NCBI GenBank assembly: GCA_951406725.2
Contig: OX597814.1
Span: forward strand, 123,814,001-123,878,000
Reading direction: 5' to 3'
DNA from: Octopus vulgaris
Lineage: Eukaryota
DNA length: 64,000 nt
Positions 54,930 to 64,000 of this stretch are shown piece by piece (position 1 is the stretch's first letter; every line of letters begins with the position of its first letter). A program made the translations under genes and the position numbers. A model generated the notes under the pieces. That model worked only from the letters and a program-made list of their open reading frames with translations. It made no database searches and was not told where the DNA came from.

Positions 54930-56560
54930 GTATCAGAAGCATCTTTTGTCCTCATCATTTCTGAATGCCCATTGTTTTGACATTACTGTGTACAGTCTTT
55001 CAAGTAGCATTCTCTTGAATTCTTGAAATTTTTTATTCCAAGCCTAAAATTTAGAAACTATTTCACAGGATTTTCTTGCCAGATTAAATGGTATATTTGT
55101 TTTTGAAAGTTTTTGGATGACATGGATTAACTATTAAGTATTGCTTTTAAATCTGTTGCTTTGAAGTGGATGTCATTTTTGAAGTTTATATTTATTGCAA
55201 TGATTAAATGACAAGAAAGAGAAGTTGTTTTTGAATTCATTCTATTCTGAACTTAATATTATCTGGACAATTAAATCTGAGTTTTGAATTTACTGAGTTG
55301 GTTGAAATTGTGTATGCGCGTATCCACAGAATAAAACAATCATCCAAAGTCCATTTACAATTGTTAAATAAATATTTATGGAAATTGATGCTGGACCATA
55401 TTATAGATTGTTTGTATATTGGATTTATAAGTATGTCATGACTAGATTAGCATAAGTTGGGCCAAATGTTGTTCCTATTGCAGTACCAAATACATGCAAG
55501 CAAATATTGGTACTGAATAATTATTTAGTAGAATGAATTTTATTCCTTTAACAATTAATTTTTCCCTTTTCAAGAATTCCATAAGGAAAGTTTTCAAGCT
55601 CATTCATATAGAATTGTAATATAGAAGCTTCCCACATCAAATTATCTCTTTGTTTAACTTCTTTCAGAAGTTGGATTAACAGCTCTAAGTCATTTCTTAT
55701 GAAACTTGGCATATGTTGTAGAATAAGTTTCAATAGAACATTTAGAAAGTTACTGAGTCTGTGTCTTTCACAGAGTGGCTCACTACAGCTGGCCCAAATT
55801 TTAGGTGATAGCATGTAGTGTGTTAATGCATTCTTAAGGTGATTTCTTTTATAGGCATCATTCTTGTGGATTCTGGAAAATCTGTAGAAGTTACTGGTTT
55901 TGCATTCAAAGTTCATTATATAGTCACATTCCTTGTTTGGTAAACTTTGTCAGAGTCAGTGAATTAAGGGGTTGAATTTCATGAATTTTGATGATTGGAA
56001 ATTGTTTATCGTTTCATAAAAGATGATATCTTGTAATAGAGATAATATGGTATTTTTGTAGAGTCCAATAACCATAATGCTTACAGAACTTCTCTTATCT
56101 GCTTTTTCAATCACAGTATCATTGTTTTTGAGTATACACAAAATTTCCTGTTCCTTTTGACTGGTGTTTGATTAAAATGTTGGATGTGATAGTTTATCAG
56201 ACAGAAAAGTTGTTGCAGAATCACAACAGAATCACATTTTGTAATGCTTGTTTAAACCTCTTGTTGGTGAGTAATTACTTCTTTCATTACATAGGATTTA
56301 TCATTCTCTTCTTAGGCGAATAGTTCTGCAGGACATAATTTTCTACAAATATTCTTCCTTTTCTTTCTTTTAAATTAGTGCTTTGTGATGTTGGAGTGAA
56401 AACTTGTCCTTTTGAGAGAGATTGAATTCGGTTTTTTGAAAGAATTATGATTAATAGATTGATTATCTTTGGTATCTCATGATTAGTCTGCACTATTGAG
56501 TATCACAAAATCTGTTAGTTAGGTCTAAAATTGATCTTTTAAGTGCAACATTGTATTGGT
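54930..56560 (-). mobile_element. Decayed Penelope (Poseidon/Neptune-type) RT
   Basis: LSKGQVFTPT, IEKADKRSSVSIM, FYRFSRIHK, RLSNFLNVLLK, GTAIGTTFGPTYANLVM, TLDDCFILW. Confidence 0.82.
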
Positions 56561-57029
56561 TTTCTGTGATTATCTATTTTTCCTGTGCTTTTATCTACTT
56601 TTACCACAATTATCCTGTTTGGTTCTTGCGTACAGAAAATGGTACACTTGTCTGAAATTGTTTTTTTGGATTATAATTTCTGTCCTTCCAGAAGGTTGGT
56701 AACCCCAATTCTGGGAGGGAAATCGGTTTTGTTGAAAAGGAATTCTGGATTCTTCTAGCGGACTTGTTTCATTGACTAAAGATTTTGGAATCAACGTTAT
56801 TGTTTTACAATAAAAACCTACAAACACTGTACACAACTGGCAAAACAAAGTACCAAAAAGAACAAACTTATAATCACCAAGGATACAAAAGCAATATGTG
56901 CATTTTCAACTTTATTATATACACATCCATCCACACATATATATATATATATATATGGTTTTTTTTTATAAGCTTAAAGCTTATAGTGATCATTGTGTGA
57001 ATGACTAAGGAAAATAGTCTAATAATGAG

Positions 57030-57960
57030 ACATATAAGCCCACGACAGAAAAAAAGTAGGCTTTCCTGTATGCATGAGACTTGAACCCACACTTCTCCTT
57101 CCATTGCTCTGCATTAGTGATGGTTTCTTCCCATGGCACTGTCAGCTCTAGCAAAATCCCAGTTCTCTATTCTGTGTTCCATAGGATTAAGTTCAGTCTT
57201 TTTGTAATTTTTATGATGGAAATATTAACAGTCTTTCCAAATCCGTGGACAGCTCCCAGTATTCCTTACATCTTTCGTTTATCTCGTACATTTTATTTGA
57301 AGGCCTGGCCTTATGTCCTTTTCCCTCCTTCTGGAAATATATTTTTCTGTGCTTTTCCACTTTTGGGGTACTCTCCCCTATTATATTCCTTGATCTTCTC
57401 CTTGAGTGATGCACTTATGACGCCGAGGACTTGATTGTGATGCCATGTATATTTGTCTAGAGCTAACCAGCTGTTTGACAGAACATGTCTCACTGTCATT
57501 TTTTCTCTGCATCTATATTCATCAGTTGTTTGTATGTTCCACCAGACTAAATTTGCCAGTGCAGGTAAAACATCAAAGGTAGACTCGATCAGGAAGGATG
57601 TCCTTGCTTGTTCCCAAGCCCTAAGTTCCTTCCATGAGATTCTGCGACTGACTAGATATTCCTCCCATCACAGGCACTGTCCCTGTTGACTACATTGCAC
57701 CAAATGTACATTTCGCCTGTCTTCTTCCTCCTTTCTCACTTCCTGTACCACAGCCTCTTTCATCTCTTTTAAACTGTTCTCGCAAAATGGCCTGAAATTG
57801 TGCAACCCTAGATTGGCTCTTGCTTCTAGTGTTGCTCTGACTATATCGGTGTGCCTTAGCTTTCTGATCGCCATGTTTACTGCCTCTTCAGCATTCCATT
57901 TCCTCCCTGTACGTACCATTGGAGGGAAGTCTGTTATGGAGACATTGAACATGCTTTAGA
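57030..57960 (-). mobile_element. RLE-type non-LTR retrotransposon C-terminal remnant (Hero/R2-like)
   Basis: VRTGRKWNAEEAV, QQGQ, SFLIESTFDVLP, HVLS..LALDKYTWHHNQVL, LELTVPWEE. Confidence 0.82.
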
Positions 57961-58010
57961 AAGCTTACAGCAATGAGGCAATGGGTTGTATGCAATGTAT
58001 CAAGGGGCAT

Positions 58011-58410
58011 AAGGTGGTGAGCTGGCAGAAACATTAGCACACTGGGCGAAATGCTTAGCGGTATTTCGTCTGCCGGTACATTCTGAGTTCAAATTCCGAC
58101 TTTGCCTTTCATCCTTTTGGGGTTGATTAAATAAGTATCAGTTATGCACTGGGGTCGATATAATCGACTTAATCCATTTGTCTGTCCTTGTTTGTCCTCT
58201 CTGTGTTTAGCCCCTTGTGGGTAATAAAGAAATAGGTATTTTTGTCTGTTTTTTTTTGTGTTTCCATTCTGAGTTCAAATTCCGCCAAGGTTGGTTTTGC
58301 CTTTCATCCTTTCGGGGTGGATAAATTAAGTACCAGTTGCATACTGGGGTCGCTCTAATTGACTAGCTCCCTCCCCACAAATTTCGGGCCTTGTGCCTTG
58401 AGTAGAAAAG
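58011..58410 (+). mobile_element. Dimeric SINE family B with a 17-bp TSD
   Basis: AATGTATCAAGKGGCAT at 57994-58010 and 58411-58427; the body is internally repeated. Confidence 0.82.
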
Positions 58411-58427
58411 AATGTATCAAGTGGCAT

Positions 58428-58701
58428 GGGGACACTGTTAATCAAGAGTTCTACTGACAATGTTTTGGAGCATTTGAGGGAGGATGTTTGGCAAAAGCGA
58501 CCTGATCTTTGGAGCATGAAGAATTGGATTCTTCAAGACAGGCGTCGAAGTGGCTGTGTGGTAAGTAGCTTGCTTACGAACCACATGGTTCCGGGTTAAG
58601 TCCCACTGTGTGGTACCTTGGGCAAGTGTCTTCTACTATAGCCTTCGGCTGACCAAAGCCTTGTGAGTGGATTTGTAGATGGAAACTGAAAGAAGCCCAT
58701 C

Positions 58702-58760
<59 letters not shown>

Positions 58761-59351
58761 TGTGTGTGTATACATTTGTGTGTCTGTGTTTGTCCCCCCA
58801 ACATTGCTTGACAACTGATGCTGGTGTGTTTACATCCCCGTAACTTAGTGGTTTGGCAAAAGAGACCGTTAGAATAAGTACTAGGCTTACAAAGAATAAG
58901 TCCTGGGGTCGATTTGCTCAACTAAAAGGCGGTGCTCCAGCATGGCCACAGTCAAATGACTGAAACAAGTAAAAGAGTAAAAGAGTAATACAATGCACCC
59001 TGTCACTGATCTCTCCTCACTTGTGAATTTCTCATCAAAAACAACGTAGTATTGCTTCTGCACCTGCCATATTCACCAGATTTAGCCCCTGCAGACTTCC
59101 ATATCTTGCCAAAGATGAAAATGCAGCTCAAAGGTTGCTGTTTTAACACTGTTGTCAAGAATGAATTGCAGAAGGTCCTTGACTCACAGAAAACAACTTC
59201 CAGGCTAGATCCCTAAAGTGGCAGGAGTACTACGACCAGTGTAGTGTTGCCCATGGTGACTATTTTGAAGGAGATCATGTTTAAATCTAGGTATATAAGC
59301 TATTTTTTATTAAGCATAACTAACCTGGGAACTTTTTAATACCCCCTCATA
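58428..59351 (+). mobile_element. Mariner 3' fragment interrupted by a SINE
   Basis: KRPDLWSMKNWILQD[SINE]NAPCH, HLPYSPDLAPADFHILPKMK; TIR-like end ACTTTTTAATACCCCCTCATA. Confidence 0.82.
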
Positions 59352-61299
59352 TGTATGTCTAAATAAATAAAATACTTTTTATAATGTTTCTATTATCTAA
59401 AAAAAGATTCTTTAGTTGATGGGTGAAATTATATATTGTTTGTTATGTATAGATTTCAGTAAAATGTTCTCATCACGAACCAGATTGTCATGTAACTTTA
59501 AATGCATGTGACAGTCTTTACTATTTTTTGCCTGCTTCTCTTATATTCTTTAAGAATTCCAGTAAATTCTACCCCCAAATATTTAATATCACAAATTATG
59601 GTATAACTATTTCCTTCTCTATGAATTGATCAATATAAATTCTTTCTTGACATTTGGTCACTACGGTTCCTTATTACATAATCTGTTTGTCATTCTTTCC
59701 ATATAATCTGATATTACTGTTACGATTATTTGATCAACTTTCATGATCCAATACCAACCTCCACCTGACCTGACAGTTTCCCACCCTGCTTCCAGCCATT
59801 TTCATCGCTCTTGCTCCACACGCGATGTATAGTTGATTGCTTCGTTTTGGACAATGTCAGCTTGTTTGCTCACTCATGCATTGGTTTATTGTCTCGTTAT
59901 TGATAATCTTTCACAATTTATTGCAATTCCTAGTGTGGCATGTTTACTTGTTAATATTTGGTCATAGTGTTATGGAACGGAGATTGGAACGACAGGAGTA
60001 ATGTAACAAGAGAGTGAAGACGGCAGAAAAGTTCATTACTTCACCAAATTCCAGTGTAATAGCTAAACACTGGCAGCAACAGTAGGAACGAAACTAACAG
60101 GAACAACAACAACAAAAAGAAAGGTGCTTAATATTGCGTTCAGATAACTTTAAACTCATATTATCAGTTGGTGTAACTAGGGACACTCACACACACATAC
60201 ACATACACACACAAACACACACACACAGATGCCCATACATACAGGATGGGCAAAAGTGGGTATAGTGTTGTTCAATATGAGTGGTTCATAATAAAGTCCC
60301 CAGAAATCAAAAAAAGAGGGCTTCCAGTGAACTAGGTACTCCAGCAGACCCCTTAGTCAACTAATGAACAGCCTAGGTTTACAAACAGAAATAGAGAAAT
60401 GCAAAGAACATGCCACTTATATTAAGCAACTATATATCTACTTTTGCCCACCCCCTGTGTGTGTGTGTGTGCATGTGTGTTTGCTGTGTGGCAAGTAGCT
60501 TGCTTACCAGCCACATGGCTCTGGATTCAGTCCCACTGCATGGTACCTTGGGCAAGATTCTACTATAGCCTCAGGCCAGCCAAAGCCTTGTAAGTGGATT
60601 TGGTAGACGGAAACTGAAAGAAGACCGTCGCATATGTGTGTGTTTGTCCCCCAACATTGCTTGACAACTGATGTTGGTGTGTTTACATCCCTGTAACTTA
60701 GCAGTTCGGTAAAAGAAACTGATAAAATAAGTACTAGGCTTACAAAGAATAAGTCCTGGAGTCGATTTGCTTGATTAAAGGTGGTGCTCCAGCATGGCCA
60801 CAGTCAAATGACTGAAGCAAGTAAAAGAGTAAAGGAATAAAAGAATAAAAGAATACAATTCTTTTGTCTCTTTTCTCTGGAACTTGTTTTTCAATCATTG
60901 AAGAATTTTAATTGAATCAGGTGACTCAGTACTTATTTGTTTAAGTCTAGTATTTATTGTATTGGTCTCTTTAGCTGAACCACTAAGTTACAAGGATGTA
61001 CACATCTAAATACAGCAGTTACACCAGTTGTTAAGTGATGGTGGTGGTAGTGGGCAAATACAAACTCTCACCATCCCCACCATTCCACACACACTAGCAC
61101 TGACTACTTCCCAGTACCTATGCCATCATCCACATACACATTACAGATGCACACACTTACACATGCACACATCCACATGTCAAAGTCACTAGTCCTTATC
61201 CACATGCACACACTTGCACACTCTCACATACACACACGAATGCACACCTTCATTTTGGGATCACCAGTACTTTATTATCTCCCCTTCTTCCTAGATCTC

Positions 61300-61468
61300 C
61301 TGTCCACAAGCTTTTTTTTATTCTCTCTGTTTATTTCCTTGTGTTCCTTTCTGTTGAAGAGTGTAGGCTCAAAACGTAAAAGACTTTCTCACCTTCCCAA
61401 GCATCAAACTAACACACCTGCCTGTTGTTTATACACCTGTCTTCATCTTTTGTTTTTCTGTAAATTTC

Positions 61469-61472
<4 letters not shown>
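61300..61472 (+). mobile_element. Solo pLTR with a degenerate HHR (61347-61382)
   Basis: CTTT-CTGTTGA-A-GAGT-GTAG-GCTC-AAAACGT-A-AAAG; ends at (TA)n. Confidence 0.55.
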
Positions 61473-61506
<34 letters not shown>

Positions 61507-61714
61507 CTGTAGAAATCAGTTGCAACGTCACAGGTGCGAAGCTGTATTGGCCCTTGCCTTTCCCTTGGATAACATCGGTGACGTGGAGAGGGGAGGCCGG
61601 TATGCATGGGCGACTGCTGGTCTTCCATAAAACAACCTTGCCCAGACTTATGCCTCAGAGGGTAGCTCTCTAGGTGCAGACCCATGGTCAGTGTCTGACC
61701 GAAGGGGGTCACCA

Positions 61715-61755
<41 letters not shown>

Positions 61756-61756
<1 letters not shown>

Positions 61757-63007
61757 TTTATTTTAAGCAGCAGAAAATTCAACAAAATCTGTTACTCTGA
61801 GTTTCTCGTTGCCGTTCATCAGACAGTTTTTGCTAGAATGGAACCGATATATCAATTCAATCTAGACTCTTACAAACGCTACACCTTTAAAAAGAAATGG
61901 ACTTGTTTGATTGGCCCTTTAGAAAAAAACGGTCAATCTCCGAGCGATAAACAAAAAGGTCAAAAAATATATGTATATATATATATATATATAAAAAAAT
62001 CTTATAAAAAAATTATGAAATCCGAGGAAAAAACCTTACATTGAATAAAATACATATTGACGTTAATGAAGAAAGTATAAATTAATTCATAGAAATTAAA
62101 CCTGTTATAAATATTACACTGCAATACATATTTTTATTAAAATGTACATATATATATCAACATACACAAAAGGATGCGCGCAAACGCCATACATATACAG
62201 ACGTATGAATATAAATCTAAATATACACATAAATGCATGTGTACATATATTCACGCAAACCATCTCGCACGCAAGTTAAAAATGATCTATGTAGCGATTC
62301 TCATATACTGAGTAAGGGGGGGGGAACGAAAGAAAAAAGAGAGAGAAAAAGGAACGAAGGAGGGGTGGGGAAAAAAACGAAATAAGAAAAAATTATGTAT
62401 ACAAGCTGTGTAATGGCATTATTGGCATATATGGAGACAAGTATACATACACAAGTTCGAATGGATACATATACATACAGTCGTGTATATGTGTGCTTAA
62501 GCACAAACATACTCTCACTTACACATACACAGATACGCATGCTTACAAATACATATGCTTTGCTATACACATACTTATATCAACATTCTAATTTTGACAA
62601 CATTGCTTTTTTTAAAAAAAACATTGCTTTTAAAAAAAAAGAATGGGTGCATTAATAAAAAATATATACGAAAGACATATAAAATAAAATATAACATCCT
62701 ATTTTGGATCATTTATAAATAATCAAGGTAATATAAATAATCAAGGTAATCCTATACAATACAATAACATGAAAACAAAGTTGAAGGTTTTTTGATGTAT
62801 ATGTAGAAACATAAGACTTTGCTATACGGATTAAGATCCGCATAGCTTGGAAACAAAATCCATCGTAGCGCTCATCGTTCAGAGTCAAAATCAAAAGTCA
62901 AAATCAAAAATACAAAATATATACTCTATCCATATGGTATATTTATATTCGACATTTTAAATTTAGCCGCGTGCCTACATAAGTTCATTAGCTCACTTCT
63001 TTGATTC
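61756..63007 (-). mobile_element. Inverted 3' segment of a Naiad-like Penelope (ORF end, 3' UTR, pLTR)
   Basis: Minus strand NQRSELMNLCRHAAKFKMSNINIPYG* is the endonuclease C-terminal NxRxE..CRH motif. Confidence 0.8.
61789..61826 (-). ncRNA. Type I hammerhead ribozyme-like motif in an inverted pLTR
   Basis: CTGT-CTGATGA-ACG-GCAA-CGA-GAA-ACT-CAG-AGT-A-ACAG: GNRA loop II and a GUA site; stem II is short. Confidence 0.72.
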
Positions 63008-64000
63008 GATGTACCGATGGGGGCATACGACGGGGCTGAGTTATGTATGCTCATAGGAGCCTTTATTCTCCATAATCTAAAAATAGAATTCCCATTTATA
63101 GATGCTGGTTTATATAGGGATGACGGCCTTATAGCCACGCATAATCTAAACGGCCATGAATCAGATAGACTTAGGAAGGACCTCATAGCTTTCTTTCAAA
63201 GGATGGGCTTATGGGTTACGATAGATGCTAACCTGAATAGTGTAGATTTTTTAGACGTAAATTTTAATGTAAGATCGGATCGATTTAAACCTTTCCGTAA
63301 GCCCAATGAAAAGCTATCGTATATTAGCAAAGGTTCGAACCATCCACCAGTTATTCGTAGGAACTTAGTCAGCAATGTAGGTAGAAGAATATCTTCAATT
63401 TCTTCGGACGAGGCAGCATTCCATAATGCTGCACCTTATTACGATAGCGCATTAAAGAATAGTGGATTCTCTGAGGAGATCCAGTTCAACCAGCTTAATG
63501 CTGATAATAATGCTGCATGAAGAACTAGGACCAGGAAAGTTTTGTGGTTCAACCCGGCTTTCAATTTGGCCGTAAAGACTAATATAGGTAAGGAATTTTT
63601 GAGATTAGTCTCTAAGCATTTTAAGCAGGGTCATAAATTCTATAGGATATTTAATAGAAGAACCCTGAAGGTTAGCTATTCTTGTTGCAGAAATTTCGCC
63701 TCTTACATTAGCCAACATAATAGGAAGCTAATTGAGATTAGACATGGTGCCGAGCCCATTAAGAAATGCAATTTCAAAAACGAAAGCTCCTGTCCGTTAG
63801 AAGGGAAATGTCTAGTGAAAGGAGTAGTTTATAGAGCCAAGGTGCAAGTGGAAGGCTCATCAGAATACAAGACATACACAGGGGCTTCAGAAAATTCATT
63901 TAAAACAAGATTTTATTCTCATAAAAATTCATTTAAATACCCAGAGAATAGGAAGAAACCAGCCTAGCAAAATATGTCTGGGAACTAAAAGAAAAGGAAG
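63005..64000 (+). mobile_element. Naiad-like Penelope RT + GIY-YIG, 5'-truncated, runs off the window
   Basis: FDVPMGAYDGAELC, YRDDGL, VDFLDV, SNHPP, WFNPAF, CPLEGKC, VVYRA, YTGASE; in-frame stop at 63518-63520. Confidence 0.92.

Noticed and set aside
63518-63520. In-frame TGA as selenocysteine, known from some Naiad elements
   Set aside because: It falls in the Arg-rich linker rather than at a conserved Cys; likely CGA>TGA decay.

Overview
Very AT-rich, repeat-saturated animal genomic DNA, most likely a large intron or intergenic region. The microsatellite load and SINE/LINE families resemble octopus (inference). No complete host gene is present; only one good and two weak candidate exons. 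Most ORFs in the track are microsatellite translations. Real coding remnants come from transposons: several Penelope-like elements (RT + GIY-YIG), RTE, CR1-like and RLE (Hero-like) LINEs, two decayed mariners and four SINE-like families. The most striking signal is about 11 type I hammerhead ribozyme (HHR)-like motifs in Penelope terminal repeats. Two of them sit near the axis of long DNA palindromes and carry compensatory swaps of the conserved core 3:8 pair (G3:C8 and U3:A8 instead of C3:G8). A 335-bp tandem array abuts a near-intact Penelope ORF, and another Penelope has an inverted 3' end joined to its 5' truncation.
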